From a bacterium (GTDB taxonomy: Bacteria > Actinomycetota > Actinomycetes > Actinomycetales > Bifidobacteriaceae), in NCBI GenBank assembly GCA_963595445.1, contig CAVBHJ010000010.1, positions 12,295 through 76,294 of the forward strand: 64,000 nt of DNA, in the 5' to 3' direction. Made by a program: the position numbers and the translations under genes. Positions 21,023 to 31,640 of the stretch are shown in pieces. The first letter of the stretch is position 1. Each line of letters opens with the position of its first letter. Below the pieces are notes generated by a model. The model searched no databases, was not told the origin of the DNA, and worked only from the letters and a program-made list of their open reading frames with translations.

Positions 21023-22297
21023 ATGAAGTTCAAAGCCGTCGCAGCAGCAACGCTCGCAGTGGCCACCATGGTGGGCATGTGCGCTTGCGGTTCCAGCAAC
21101 AGCGCCAAGGATGAGAACACCATCACGTTCTGGCATAACGCCACCGCGGGTACCGGCAAGCAGTATTGGGAGGATCTCGCGGCTTCCTTCGAAAAGGAGA
21201 CGGGCGTCAAGGTCGAGATTCAGGCCATTCAGAATGAGGATTTCGAAGGTAAGCTGACCACCGCCATGCAGGATCCGTCGTCCGGTCCGGATGTATACAT
21301 GGCCCTGAACGGCGCCAAGACCAAGGATATGATCGACGCCGGCCAGGCTATGGATCTGACTGACAAGATCAGCGATACGGTCAAGACCCAGATGTCTTCC
21401 TCCGTGAAGTCCTTTACCTATGACGGCAAAGTGTACGGTGTGCCCGTCACCGTTCAGCCGGGTGGTATCTGGTATTCCAAGGATCTGTTCGAACAGGCCG
21501 GAATTACCGAAGTGCCGACCACCTTCAGCGAACTGAAGGCTGACATCACGAAGCTCCGCGATGCGGGAATCGAACCGATCGCACTCGGTGGCAAGGACGC
21601 ATGGCCGGCAGGACACTGGTATTACTGGCTTTCCCTGCGTGAATGCTCCACTGATGCATACGCCAAGGGTGTCAACGACAAGGACTTCTCCGACTCCTGC
21701 TGGACGAAGGCCGCCGAAGATCTTCAGGACCTGCTTGACATGAATGCCTTCAACGAAGGCTTCCTGACCACCACCGCACAGCAGGGCGCAAGCTCGTCCG
21801 CCGGCCTGCTCGCCAACCACAAGGCCGCTATGGAACTCATGGGCACCTGGGAGCCGGGTGTGGTCAAGGACCTGACCCCTGACAAGACCGCGATGGAAGA
21901 CCTTGGATTCTTCGCATTCCCGACTGTTGACGGCGGCAAGGGCGAGGAAGGTGCCCTGATGGGCGCCGCCACCGGCTTCTCCGTCAACCCTGAAGCTCCG
22001 CAGGCCGCGGTCGACTTCGTCAACTATATGGCTGAGAAGACGAACCAGGAAGAGTACGCCACCGCATTCAGCACCATTCCGGCATCCTCCGAGGCCATGG
22101 ACTCCGTTACGGATGAGAACCTCAAGCAGATCATCGAAGCTATGAACGCCTCCGACGACATGCAGCTGTGGATGGACACCGCACTTGGCGGCAACATCGG
22201 CAACGCACTCAACTCCGCTGTGGTGAACCTGCTTTCCGGCCAGGGGTCGGCCGAAGACATCGTCACGGCGATGAATGACGCGGCAGCCAAGGGCTGA
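21023..22297 (+). CDS. ABC transporter sugar-binding lipoprotein (family 1 solute-binding protein)
   Basis: Signal peptide with lipobox ([10 protein letters not shown]). About 424 aa, SBP-like. ATG 21023 is preceded by AAGGAG. Followed by two permease genes. Confidence 0.9.
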   Translation: MKFKAVAAATLAVATMVGMCACGSSNSAKDENTITFWHNATAGTGKQYWEDLAASFEKETGVKVEIQAIQNEDFEGKLTTAMQDPSSGPDVYMALNGAKTKDMIDAGQAMDLTDKISDTVKTQMSSSVKSFTYDGKVYGVPVTVQPGGIWYSKDLFEQAGITEVPTTFSELKADITKLRDAGIEPIALGGKDAWPAGHWYYWLSLRECSTDAYAKGVNDKDFSDSCWTKAAEDLQDLLDMNAFNEGFLTTTAQQGASSSAGLLANHKAAMELMGTWEPGVVKDLTPDKTAMEDLGFFAFPTVDGGKGEEGALMGAATGFSVNPEAPQAAVDFVNYMAEKTNQEEYATAFSTIPASSEAMDSVTDENLKQIIEAMNASDDMQLWMDTALGGNIGNALNSAVVNLLSGQGSAEDIVTAMNDAAAKG

Positions 22298-22330
22298 TCG
22301 CACAACGGCAACTGACATAAGTCATATCCA

Positions 22331-22366
22331 AGGCCGGGCGGAAGGTCCGTCCGGCCTTGTTCTTTT
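22331..22366 (+). terminator. hairpin/attenuator between the binding-protein and permease genes
   Basis: 12-bp stem AGGCCGGGCGGA/TCCGTCCGGCCT (one G-T pair) with a 3-nt loop, followed by TGTTCTTTTCG. Confidence 0.6.
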
Positions 22367-22393
22367 CGTACAAACGATTTGGTGGAGAAAAAC

Positions 22394-23437
22394 ATGGCGA
22401 CTCAAAACAACAATGGGGCGACGCCGAAGGCACGCAGGATCAAAGGCGTGTCAGGTGGCAAGGCGCGTCGCAACGTAGAAATATTCATCCTATCCGCGCC
22501 CGCCATCCTTCTGTTCGGGTGCTTCGTGATCCTGCCGATCATTCTGGGCGCATACTACGGCTTCTACCAGTGGAAGGGATATGGAACGCCTTCCGAAACG
22601 GGCAAATTCGTCGGATTCCAAAACTACATTACGGCGCTGAAGGATTCCGCTTTCCAGGGTGCCGTCCTGCACACGTTCGAAGTAGTCGTCGGCTCCCTGG
22701 TGATTCAGGCTCCGCTCGCCATTCTCTTTGCCCTGCTGCTCAACCAGAAGTTTAAGGGCCGTGGTCTGATCCGCACGCTCATCTTCGTGCCGTATGTCGT
22801 TTCCGAAGTGATCGTCGGTACCGGCTGGAGCCTGCTGCTGCAGAAGAAGGGCGCCATCAACGAGATTCTCGCCAATTTCGGCATCGACGGTCCGGACTGG
22901 CTCGCCGATCCGAAGATCGCAATGTTCACGCTGCTGCTGCTGATCAGCTGGAAGTACATCGGCTTCGCGGTGATCCTCATGCTGGCAGGCATGCAGTCCA
23001 TTCCCGAAGAGCTCTACGAGGCGGCCCGCGTCGACGGCGCCGGGTTCTGGCAGATGCAGAAGAGCATCACCCTGCCGCTGCTTGCTCCGACCCTGCGCAT
23101 CTGGGTGTTCCTGTCGATGATCGGCTCCCTGCAGCTGTTCGATCTGGTCTACATCGTGTGGGGCAATTACGTATCCACCACGGCAGGCGTCTCTACCATG
23201 GCGACCTACATGGTGCGTGAAGGCCGAGGATCCGGCAACTACGGTTATGGTTCCGCAGTGGCGTTGATCATCTTCGTGATCTCCCTGGTCATCGCGCTGA
23301 CCTATCAGAGGTTCGTGCTCAACCGCGATCTCGATGGTGCCGTGACCGAACAGAAGGAAGCCAAGAAGCGTGCCGCGAAGCGCGCGAAGGAAGCGCAGCG
23401 TCGCGAAGCCGCCGCAGTCGCAAGTGAGGTGAAGTGA
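22394..23437 (+). CDS. carbohydrate ABC transporter permease (MalF/UgpA-like)
   Basis: Six hydrophobic segments and an EAA-type loop (EELYEAARVDGAGFWQ). ATG 22394 follows GGAG. Lys/Ala/Glu-rich C-terminal tail. Confidence 0.9.
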   Translation: MATQNNNGATPKARRIKGVSGGKARRNVEIFILSAPAILLFGCFVILPIILGAYYGFYQWKGYGTPSETGKFVGFQNYITALKDSAFQGAVLHTFEVVVGSLVIQAPLAILFALLLNQKFKGRGLIRTLIFVPYVVSEVIVGTGWSLLLQKKGAINEILANFGIDGPDWLADPKIAMFTLLLLISWKYIGFAVILMLAGMQSIPEELYEAARVDGAGFWQMQKSITLPLLAPTLRIWVFLSMIGSLQLFDLVYIVWGNYVSTTAGVSTMATYMVREGRGSGNYGYGSAVALIIFVISLVIALTYQRFVLNRDLDGAVTEQKEAKKRAAKRAKEAQRREAAAVASEVK

Positions 23438-24330
23438 TGACCATCGCAAATACCGCAAGTCGTCCCGATAAAAGCAAGTACACCGCGAAGAACGGCTATC
23501 GAGTATCAGCCAAGACGCCGTGGGGCCATCCGATCGTGTACTTCTTCTCGCTGGTTCTGGTGGCCATCTGCGTAACGCCGGTGCTGTACATCATCTTCGG
23601 CGGTTTCCGTACCAACTCGCAGATCACCAATCATCCGTCCGGTCTGCCGAATCCGTGGGTGCTCGACAACTACGTTTCCGTGTTCACCAGCGATACCTTC
23701 TGGACCGAACTCGTCAACTCGACCATCGTCGGCATCGCCACCATGATCGGTGTGGTCGTGCTCGGCATCATGGTGAGCTTCGTCATCGCCCGATACAGGT
23801 TCCGCTACGCGCCGCTCATGTACGCGCTGTTCTCCGCGGGCCTGATGTTCCCGATGACGGTCGGCATCACGCCGCTGTACCTGCTGATCCGCAACCTCGG
23901 ACTGTCGAACTCCCTGCTCGGCCTGATTCTGCCGCAGATTGCTTTCGGCCTGCCGCAGACCATCATCATTCTGGTGCCGTTCCTGCAGTCCATTCCGAAC
24001 GAACTCGAAGAGGCCTGCCTGCTTGACGGATGCTCCCGACTCGGCTTCTTCTGGCGCATGGTCATTCCGCTGTCGATGCCGGGCGTCGCCACCACGGGCA
24101 TCCTCACCTTCGTGGGCAGCTGGAACGCCTACATGCTGCCGTTGTTCGTGCTCAGCGACGAAAGCAAGTACACGTTGCCGCTCGGCGTGCAGATGTTCAG
24201 CTCCGAACATTCCGTCGATACCGCGCAGGTCCTGGCGTTCACATCGCTGGCCATGCTTCCGGCGCTGATCTGCTTCACGATTTTCCAGAAGAAGATTGTC
24301 GGCGGCCTTACCGGCGCCGTGAAGGGCTGA
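23437..24330 (+). CDS. carbohydrate ABC transporter permease (MalG/UgpE-like)
   Basis: EAA loop NELEEACLLDGCSRLGFFW and six TM segments. The start ATG 23437 (or GTG 23434) overlaps the upstream stop. Confidence 0.9.
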   Translation: MTIANTASRPDKSKYTAKNGYRVSAKTPWGHPIVYFFSLVLVAICVTPVLYIIFGGFRTNSQITNHPSGLPNPWVLDNYVSVFTSDTFWTELVNSTIVGIATMIGVVVLGIMVSFVIARYRFRYAPLMYALFSAGLMFPMTVGITPLYLLIRNLGLSNSLLGLILPQIAFGLPQTIIILVPFLQSIPNELEEACLLDGCSRLGFFWRMVIPLSMPGVATTGILTFVGSWNAYMLPLFVLSDESKYTLPLGVQMFSSEHSVDTAQVLAFTSLAMLPALICFTIFQKKIVGGLTGAVKG

Positions 24331-24402
24331 GAACAAACGAAACGTACGTTCGGGAGGCTTCCTCCGGTCTCCCGAACGCCATATCAACGCAAAGAGGCAA
24401 TC

Positions 24403-26034
24403 ATGATGATTTCCAACCCCGTGCTTACGGGTTTCCATGCGGATCCGTCGATGATCCGCGTGGGCGACACCTACTACATCGCCAACTCGACCTTCGAATG
24501 GTTCCCCGGTGTTCGACTGCACGAATCCAAGGATCTGGTGCATTGGAACACCCTGCCGAGCCCATTGAGCCGGGTCAGCCAGCTCGATATGAAGGGCAAT
24601 CCGTCCTCCGGTGGCATCTGGGCTCCCGACCTGAGCTATGCGGACGGCAAGTTCTGGCTGATCTACACCGATGTGAAGGTGGTCAACGGCGCATTCAAGG
24701 ATTGCGTCAACTATCTGGTGACCGCACCGGACATCCGGGGACCCTGGTCCGAACCGATCCGCATCAACGGCGTCGGTTTCGACGCCAGCCTGTTCCATGA
24801 TGACGACGGACGCAAATACCTGGCACAGCAGACCTGGGACTTCCGCGAATACCATCATGCGTTCAATGGCATCACGCTCACCGAGTTCGATGTGGACACC
24901 ATGAAACTCAAGCCGCAGACCGCCAGAACCATCTGGGAGGGCACCGATGTGAAGGTGGTGGAAGGCCCTCACCTGTACAAGAAGGACGGCTGGTACTACC
25001 TGTTCGCGGCCGAAGGCGGCACGCAGTACGAGCATCAGGAGTCCGTGGCGCGTTCCCGCACTTTGGATGCGTTGTCGTTCGAAGTCATGCCGAATGGTCC
25101 GTTCATCGGCAACTACGACACTCCCGATTTCTATCTGCAGAAGCAGGGCCACGGCGCCCTGGTGGACACTCCGTCCGGTGAATGGTACTACGCGTCGCTG
25201 TGCGGCCGTCCGTGGCGGCATGACACCGAACCGTCGCACGGCGTGCGCGGCTGGTGCACGCTTGGCCGTGAGACCTCCATCCAGAAGGTCGAATGGGATG
25301 AGGACGGCTGGCCGTATGTGGTGGGGGGTCATGGCGGTCAACGCTATGTGGACGCTCCGAAGGACGCCATCGTTACCGACACTCCCGTAAGCCGTGACGA
25401 GCATGACGAGTTCGAATCCGACACGCTCGGCCTGAACTGGAACACCGTCCGTGTGCCGTTCACCGAAGCCATGGGAACCGTCGGCGGCGGCAAGCTGACC
25501 CTGCGTGGTCAGGGATCGCTGTGCAACACATTCGAACAGTCACTGGTGGCACGTCGCTGGCAGGCGTTCAACTTCGACGCCGAGACGAAGGTGAGCTTCA
25601 ACCCGGACAACTACATGCAGATGGCCGGATTGACGAACTACTATGACGACCTGTGCTGGTCCTGGGTGTTCGTGACCTGGGATGACAAGCGTGCATGCCG
25701 TGTTATCGAAGTGGCGCAAAACGACTTCAACCAGTACACATCCTTCCTCAAGGACGACGCCATCGAAGTGCCGCAGGATGTCGAATCCGTATGGCTGCGC
25801 ACCAAGGTGCGCAGGGAATACTATTCCTACGAGTATTCCTTCGACGGCGAGCATTACACCGAGATTCCGGTGAAGCTGGATGCGAAGATCCTTTCCGACG
25901 ATTACATCGTGCAGCGTTACGGAGGATTCTTCACCGGCGCGTTCGTGGGACTTGCCTGCGTGGATCTGTCGGATTACGGCGCGACTGCGGAATTCGATTA
26001 CTTCGATTACAAGGAACTGCCGGACGGCGAATAG
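24403..26034 (+). CDS. GH43 beta-xylosidase (XynB-like, with C-terminal beta-sandwich domain)
   Basis: NPVLTGFHADPS, GGIWAPDLSY and VVEGPHLYKKDGWYYLFAAEGGT. 543 aa, typical of two-domain GH43 beta-xylosidases. Confidence 0.92.
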   Translation: MMISNPVLTGFHADPSMIRVGDTYYIANSTFEWFPGVRLHESKDLVHWNTLPSPLSRVSQLDMKGNPSSGGIWAPDLSYADGKFWLIYTDVKVVNGAFKDCVNYLVTAPDIRGPWSEPIRINGVGFDASLFHDDDGRKYLAQQTWDFREYHHAFNGITLTEFDVDTMKLKPQTARTIWEGTDVKVVEGPHLYKKDGWYYLFAAEGGTQYEHQESVARSRTLDALSFEVMPNGPFIGNYDTPDFYLQKQGHGALVDTPSGEWYYASLCGRPWRHDTEPSHGVRGWCTLGRETSIQKVEWDEDGWPYVVGGHGGQRYVDAPKDAIVTDTPVSRDEHDEFESDTLGLNWNTVRVPFTEAMGTVGGGKLTLRGQGSLCNTFEQSLVARRWQAFNFDAETKVSFNPDNYMQMAGLTNYYDDLCWSWVFVTWDDKRACRVIEVAQNDFNQYTSFLKDDAIEVPQDVESVWLRTKVRREYYSYEYSFDGEHYTEIPVKLDAKILSDDYIVQRYGGFFTGAFVGLACVDLSDYGATAEFDYFDYKELPDGE

Positions 26035-26045
26035 TCGTCTTCAAA

Positions 26046-26089
26046 CGGGCGGCGGCCGCTTCTATGACGGCCGTCGCCCGCATGTTTTC
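26046..26089 (+). terminator. rho-independent terminator after the GH43 beta-xylosidase
   Basis: 13-bp stem CGGGCGGCGGCCG/CGGCCGTCGCCCG (one G-T pair) with a 9-nt loop, then CATGTTTTCA. Confidence 0.65.
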
Positions 26090-26164
26090 AACATTTTCCT
26101 GATTTTGTTTGATTGACCATGTTGACTCGATCTGACGAGTCCTGTTCTCGATGAGGAGACGGAC

Positions 26165-28114
26165 ATGACTTTGCGATTGCCGAAACTGCTTGACGACGGC
26201 TGCGTGCTGCAGTCCGGCCGTGACGTGCGCATCTGGGGCTGGGCCGATGCCGGAGCCCGCGTAGCCGTGGATTTCGAAGGGATTACGGCAAGTGTCGAAG
26301 CCGATTGTGCTGACGGTGCATGGTGCGTTTCGCTGCAGTCGCCGGCCGTCGGCGGACCGTTCAAACTGCACGTCGAATCCTCGTCGGGAGAGCGTCTGGA
26401 ACGTAGCTGCTATGTGGGCGAGGTGTTCCTGTGTTCCGGTCAATCGAATATGGAACTTCCCATGGCATGGGTGAAGGCCGATTACCCGCAGGAGTGGAAA
26501 CGCGACCCCGATCCGTTGCTCCGGCAGTACAAGGTGATTCCCGATTACGATTTCGCAGGCCCCAGAAGCGACCACGAGCGTGCGTCATGGTATGGCTGCA
26601 GCGCCGAAACGCTCGACGACTTCTCCGCATTGGCCTACTTCTTCGGCCGTAGGATCCGTGATTTTCTGAATGTGCCGGTCGGCCTGCTGAACGTTTCGTT
26701 GGGCGGCTCTCCGATTGAATCCTGGATGAATGCCGAAACGTTGCGCGATTTTCCGGAAACGCTTGCGCAACTCGAACCCTATCTCGGGGAGGGCGTGGCC
26801 CGTCGCAGAAGCGAGGATTCCGTAGCTGCCCGCGATTCCTGGTATCAGGCATTGGGCTACGACGCCGTTGCCGACGCCCATCATGAGCCGGTTCCGTTGA
26901 TCACCTGGGACTGCCCGGAAAGCAAGACTGAAACACCTCAAGACCTGCAATGGCGCGATATTGAACTTCCCGGCTGGTATGCCGATCTTGGATTCGCTGA
27001 TTTTCGCGGTGAGATCGAGTTGCGAAAAACCGTGTTCCTGCCCGATTGCGTGGAAGGCCAGCCGGCGCTGCTGCGTTTGGGAACCATGAACGACGCCGAC
27101 CACACGTGGGTCAATGGCATGCTCGTGGGCGGCCGCAGCAACGTGTATGAGCCGCGCGATTATGAGGTGCCGGCCGACGTACTTCATGCCGGAGCCAATG
27201 AGATCCGTATACGACTGGTCGTCGAACGTTCGGGAGGCCGTGTGACGCCGGGCAAGTCGATGATGCTGACAATGGGTGACGAAACCTTCGATTTGAGCGG
27301 CACCTGGCAATGCTCCGTGATTCAACGCGCCGATCACGACTGCCCGTTTGAGGATTTCGTGCGTTGGAAGCCGACGGGACTGTACAACGCCATGCTCGCC
27401 CCATGCTTCCCCTACGCGGTACGGGCGGCATTGTGGTATCAGGGCGAATCGAACACGGGAGACTACGCCACGCAATACGGCAGCGAATTGCAGGCCATGA
27501 TCGAACTATGGCGGAACGAATGGAATCAGCCCGACATGCCGTTCCTCATCGTGCAACTGCCGAACTTCGCCATCGACGCCATCGAAGACGGCGGCTGGCC
27601 GATAATCCGCGAACAGGAGTGGAAGGTCGCCGAAACGGTCGCGAACACGGCCACGGTGGTATCTCTGGACGCGGGCGAAGGCAACGATCTGCATCCGCAT
27701 AACAAAAAACTCATCGCCGATCGTCTATTCGATGCGGCACAGGCGCTGGTATACGGGCGAAACGCAAAACCGCAGCCGTGCATCATCTCGGCGGATGCGG
27801 AACACGGCCTGCTGCGTATGCACTGCGGTTGGGCCGACGTGGGGGAGTGCGAAAACGGAAGTGTTCAATCGCAAGGCTTGAGTTTGAACACGCTTGACGG
27901 AAAAGTTCCCGGGGAAATCGTGTTTTTCTGGTCGGATTCCGGTACCGTGGCCCATGCCGAGTCCTGGATCGATGGCGATTGCGTAATGGCGCGTTTGCCG
28001 AACAGAAAACCGGATGAAGTGCGTTACGCATGGTGCAACAATCCGAACCGCGGATTGCTGTGCGACACGAACGGAACCCTATTGCCCCCATTCCGACTGC
28101 GTATCACAGACTGA
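26165..28114 (+). CDS. SASA-family (sialate O-acetylesterase-like, DUF303) carbohydrate esterase, probably acetyl-xylan/XOS deacetylase
   Basis: GQSNM nucleophile block (LCSGQSNMELP) and a later WYQGESN block. 649 aa. The substrate assignment comes from the xylan-locus context. Confidence 0.78.
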   Translation: MTLRLPKLLDDGCVLQSGRDVRIWGWADAGARVAVDFEGITASVEADCADGAWCVSLQSPAVGGPFKLHVESSSGERLERSCYVGEVFLCSGQSNMELPMAWVKADYPQEWKRDPDPLLRQYKVIPDYDFAGPRSDHERASWYGCSAETLDDFSALAYFFGRRIRDFLNVPVGLLNVSLGGSPIESWMNAETLRDFPETLAQLEPYLGEGVARRRSEDSVAARDSWYQALGYDAVADAHHEPVPLITWDCPESKTETPQDLQWRDIELPGWYADLGFADFRGEIELRKTVFLPDCVEGQPALLRLGTMNDADHTWVNGMLVGGRSNVYEPRDYEVPADVLHAGANEIRIRLVVERSGGRVTPGKSMMLTMGDETFDLSGTWQCSVIQRADHDCPFEDFVRWKPTGLYNAMLAPCFPYAVRAALWYQGESNTGDYATQYGSELQAMIELWRNEWNQPDMPFLIVQLPNFAIDAIEDGGWPIIREQEWKVAETVANTATVVSLDAGEGNDLHPHNKKLIADRLFDAAQALVYGRNAKPQPCIISADAEHGLLRMHCGWADVGECENGSVQSQGLSLNTLDGKVPGEIVFFWSDSGTVAHAESWIDGDCVMARLPNRKPDEVRYAWCNNPNRGLLCDTNGTLLPPFRLRITD

Positions 28115-28138
28115 TTGACCATGTACAAGGAGAACGTT

Positions 28139-29250
28139 ATGGAATCGCTGCTCGAACAGTATGGATATGACGCCAGCGAAGTGCGCGAACGCGTGGAACA
28201 GGTCTGGTACGAGATCTTCGAAGGACCCGACAGATTCTATTGGCAGACCGACGAAGGACTCGGCTACGTCAAGGACACCGGCAACGACGACGTGCGTACC
28301 GAAGGCATGAGCTACGCCATGATGCTCGCGGTGCAATTCGACCGCAAGGACGTGTTCGACAGGCTGTGGGGCTGGGTCATGCGCTACATGTACATGACGG
28401 AAGGGCATCATGCCCACTATTTCGCATGGTCCGTAGATCCCTCCGGCGTGCCGAACGCCGACGGCCCGGCCCCGGACGGCGAGGAATACTTCGCCATGGA
28501 TCTGTTCCTCGCGGCACGACGCTGGGGCAACGGCGAAGGCATCTACGACTATGCCGCATGGGGACGTGAGATTCTGCGATACTGCGTCCACAAAGGGGAG
28601 CGGTATGAGAAGGCGAACCCATGTGGAATCCAGACAACAAACTCATCAAATTCATTCCCGAAACCGAATGGAGCGACCCCTCCTACCATCTGCCGCACTT
28701 CTACGACGTTTTCGCCGAAGAAGCGGATGAGGAAGATCGTGCCTTCTGGAGTCAGGCTGCGCAGGCAAGCCGCGATTATCTGGCCCTCGCATGCGATGCC
28801 GAAACCGGCATGAACGCCGAATACGCCGATTACGACGGAAGCCCCCACGTGGACGAGCGCGATCACTGGCATTTCTTCTCCGACGCATACCGTACCGCCG
28901 CGAACATCGGTCTGGACTCGCTATGGGGAGGAACCCCCGGGGAACTCTGCTCCAGGGTCAATGCGCTGCAACGATTCTTCCTCACCCACGACCGGACCTG
29001 CGTGTACGCGGTGGACGGCACTGCGGTGGACGAGCGTGTGCTGCATCCCGTAGGATTCATCGCCACCATGGCACAGGGCTCACTGGCTGGACGCCTCGCC
29101 GAAAGCGCAGACGCCGACGACTGCGCCCGACGTTGGGTGAGCATGCTGTGGAACACCTCGATGCGTGTCGGCGCTCGCCGCTATTACGACAACTTCCTCT
29201 ATGCCTTCGCCATGCTGGCGTTGAGCGGATCATACCGTTACGAGTGGTGA
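28139..29250 (+). pseudogene. GH8 reducing-end xylose-releasing exo-oligoxylanase (Rex-like), interrupted by a 1-nt frameshift near 28600-28612
   Basis: The N-terminal part (28139-28606; DVRTEGMSYAMMLAVQ, APDGEEYFAMDLFLAARRW) and the C-terminal part (28609-29250; MWNPDNKLIKF, SYHLPHFY, DAYRTAANIGLD) form one GH8 protein but lie in different frames. ORF-track entries 28115..28813 and 28621..29250. Confidence 0.8.
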
Positions 29251-29279
29251 GCGTTTGATGCGGGGAAAGTTGTGCGGTC

Positions 29280-30674
29280 ATGCTCAGACAGGTTGAGATA
29301 CAACAAGGAAGGCTTGCGGGATTGGCCGCCGAAGATCCGGCGGTCACCGTGTTTCGTGCGGTGCCGTTTGCGGCCCCGCCGGTTGGCGAACTGCGCTGGC
29401 GTGCGCCGCGCCCTGCCCCTTCGTGGGATGGAGTGCGCGAATCGTTCGATTTCGCGCCGATCGCGATGCAGCCCATGTCAAGTCCTCAGGATTTCTATGG
29501 CAGGGAATGGCAGGTCGATCCGGACACCCCGATGTCAGAGGATTGTCTGTATCTGAACATCTGGACGCCTTCTTTGCGCGGCAACGGCATCGACGCCCGT
29601 ATTGAGGGTGGTGATGGCCGTGGGCTGCCCGTGATGGTCTGGATTCATGGCGGCGGGTTCCAAACCGGTACCCCGGCGGAGAAGGAATTCAATGGCGAAC
29701 ATCTCGCAAGACTTGGCGTGGTGGTGGTTTCGATTGCATACCGTTTGAATGCCTTTGGTTTCCTTGCTCATCCGGATACGGAAAACGAGGCTGGCGAAGG
29801 CGAACCTTGTGCGAATTTCGGTTTTCTCGATCAGCGTATGGGGATTCGGTGGGTACGCGACAATATCGCTGCTTTTGGCGGGAATCCTGACAATATCACG
29901 GTATTTGGGCAGTCCGCCGGCGCTGCAAGCACGCTTGCGCAAAGCTGTTCGCCCATGAACAAGGGCCTGTTCCAGCGTGCCATTATGCAGTCGGGCGGCG
30001 GTATCGGTCTGTTCAATCGCAATATTTGGTCGTTGGGCGATTCCCAGCGCAATGCAACACGTTTCTTCTCCGAGTTGGGTGTCGGCTCTCTGCGTGCGGC
30101 ACGCAGTATTCCGGCAAACGAATTGTTGCAGGCTGCAATCGAATTGCCGGCATGTGAATGGTCCGGTCAGCACGTTGACTGGCCACCGTTGGCCAATTGG
30201 TTGCCTTGCGTCGATGGACGTTTCATCACCGGCCAATATAGGCAGACTTTGACCTCCGGTCGTTGTGTGCCTCAGGATCTGTTGGTGGGCAATACCACCG
30301 GAGAGTTTCTGCAGGCCGATTCGAACGGTGTGATCTACCCGGCGGGGGAGCACGGCAACTTGGAGATGATTGACGCTTGGTTGGCTGGTGGCGGAAAACC
30401 TGCATATAGATACCGTTTTGACGTGGCGATGCCGGGTGATGATGCCGGCGCGTTCCATTCGTCCGATTTATGGTTCACGTTCGCCATGTTGCAGTCGTGC
30501 TGGAGGCCGTTCGAAGGATGGCATTTCGACCTGGCGCGGCACATGAGCCGCTGCTGGACGAGATTCGCCGCCACTGGGGACCCGAATGGGGCTGACTGTC
30601 CACGATGGGTGCCGTGCATGCTATCCGGCGAAGATGGCTACATGAATTTCGGCAGGAGCCTCGGCATGCGATAG
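29280..30674 (+). CDS. type-B carboxylesterase/lipase family protein
   Basis: FRAVPFAAPPVGELRW, WIHGGGF oxyanion block and the GQSAGA nucleophile elbow. Confidence 0.85.
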   Translation: MLRQVEIQQGRLAGLAAEDPAVTVFRAVPFAAPPVGELRWRAPRPAPSWDGVRESFDFAPIAMQPMSSPQDFYGREWQVDPDTPMSEDCLYLNIWTPSLRGNGIDARIEGGDGRGLPVMVWIHGGGFQTGTPAEKEFNGEHLARLGVVVVSIAYRLNAFGFLAHPDTENEAGEGEPCANFGFLDQRMGIRWVRDNIAAFGGNPDNITVFGQSAGAASTLAQSCSPMNKGLFQRAIMQSGGGIGLFNRNIWSLGDSQRNATRFFSELGVGSLRAARSIPANELLQAAIELPACEWSGQHVDWPPLANWLPCVDGRFITGQYRQTLTSGRCVPQDLLVGNTTGEFLQADSNGVIYPAGEHGNLEMIDAWLAGGGKPAYRYRFDVAMPGDDAGAFHSSDLWFTFAMLQSCWRPFEGWHFDLARHMSRCWTRFAATGDPNGADCPRWVPCMLSGEDGYMNFGRSLGMR

Positions 30675-30817
30675 CCCGCCTTGCTGTTCCGTATGTCATG
30701 GCGTTGAGCTGGCTTGCCGTTACGAGTGGCGAGTGGGTGGAACGTATCACCGTGAGTGGTTGCTCTTGCGTTCCTCGCATCTTCGTTTATTGGTATTTCG
30801 CTTATGTAATATAGGAT

Positions 30818-30829
30818 GTGAACGTTCAC
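30818..30829. promoter_or_regulatory. perfect 12-bp palindrome GTGAACGTTCAC upstream of the acetyltransferase gene
   Basis: Lies 22 nt upstream of ATG 30852 in an AT-rich spacer. Related GTGAACGTTA boxes occur at 7682 and 58930. Confidence 0.35.
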
Positions 30830-30851
30830 GAACTGTGATGTGGGAGGGTGT

Positions 30852-31481
30852 ATGACGCAGGAAACCGAGGCTCTGATCACTTCCGATGACGAGCTGAACA
30901 GGCTCTTCACAAGCAAGCCGACGCAGTACCGCAAATCGAAGTCGCTGCCAAAATATACGGGTGAGGCGGCACGTGTCTGCGCGAAAATCAACCGAATCTT
31001 CTTCGACGACCCCGACGAGGCATACCGGCTGTTCCACGAGCTCATTCCGGACGCGGGGGAGGGCGTCGAATTCACGCCGCCGTTCACCATCGATTACGGC
31101 ATCGGCCTGACGATCGGCCGTGGAACGTTCATCAACAAGGACTTCATGATTTGCGGCGGCGGATATGTGGCCATCGGTGAGGATTGCCTCATCGGACCGC
31201 GCTGCACGATCGCCACCCCGAACCACGCCAAGGACGCGGCCACCCGTCTGGCCGGATGGGAATACGCGTCCCCCGTGACCATCGGAAGCAACGTGTGGTT
31301 CGGTGCGAACGTGACGGTGACGCCCGGTGTGACCATCGGCTCCAATTCCATCATCGGAGCGGGCTCCGTGGTCACGAAGGACATTCCGGAAAACTCCATC
31401 GCAGTAGGCAATCCGGCCCGTGTGATCCGTGAGATTCCGCAACACGATCCGGCATTCGCCGACGTGGAAGGAATCGAATAG
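30852..31481 (+). CDS. sugar O-acetyltransferase (maltose/galactoside acetyltransferase family, left-handed beta-helix)
   Basis: Hexapeptide repeats (IGSNVWFGANVTVTPGVTIGSNSIIGAGSVV) with an N-terminal Mac-type domain. ATG 30852 follows GGGAGG. Confidence 0.88.
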   Translation: MTQETEALITSDDELNRLFTSKPTQYRKSKSLPKYTGEAARVCAKINRIFFDDPDEAYRLFHELIPDAGEGVEFTPPFTIDYGIGLTIGRGTFINKDFMICGGGYVAIGEDCLIGPRCTIATPNHAKDAATRLAGWEYASPVTIGSNVWFGANVTVTPGVTIGSNSIIGAGSVVTKDIPENSIAVGNPARVIREIPQHDPAFADVEGIE

Positions 31482-31567
31482 TTCGGATCTGTTGGATCTA
31501 GTGGATCTGGTGATTGGATCCCCGATTCACGGACGCTCGGATAAGCGTCTTACGATTTCGAATATAT

Positions 31568-31607
31568 AAAAAACGGGACGGCACATGTGCGCCGTCCCGT
31601 TTTTTTA
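31568..31607. terminator. bidirectional rho-independent terminator between the acetyltransferase gene and xylB
   Basis: AAAAAACGGGACGGC...GCCGTCCCGTTTTTTT. A GC stem is flanked by an A-run and a T-run, so it is usable on both strands. Confidence 0.8.
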
Positions 31608-31640
31608 TATGGGAATCAGAATTCCGCAGGCCGCTTCGAA

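Noticed and set aside
19646-22318. 890-aa ORF spanning the LacI gene, the intergenic region and the ABC binding-protein gene on the minus strand
   Set aside because: It runs out of frame over lacI and antisense to the SBP gene. The sequence is low-complexity with no motifs. It crosses an obvious divergent promoter region.
28595-28621. Programmed ribosomal frameshift joining the two GH8 ORFs
   Set aside because: There is no slippery heptamer, no stimulatory hairpin or pseudoknot and no SD-like stimulator. A 1-nt indel, either a mutation or a sequencing error, is the simpler explanation.
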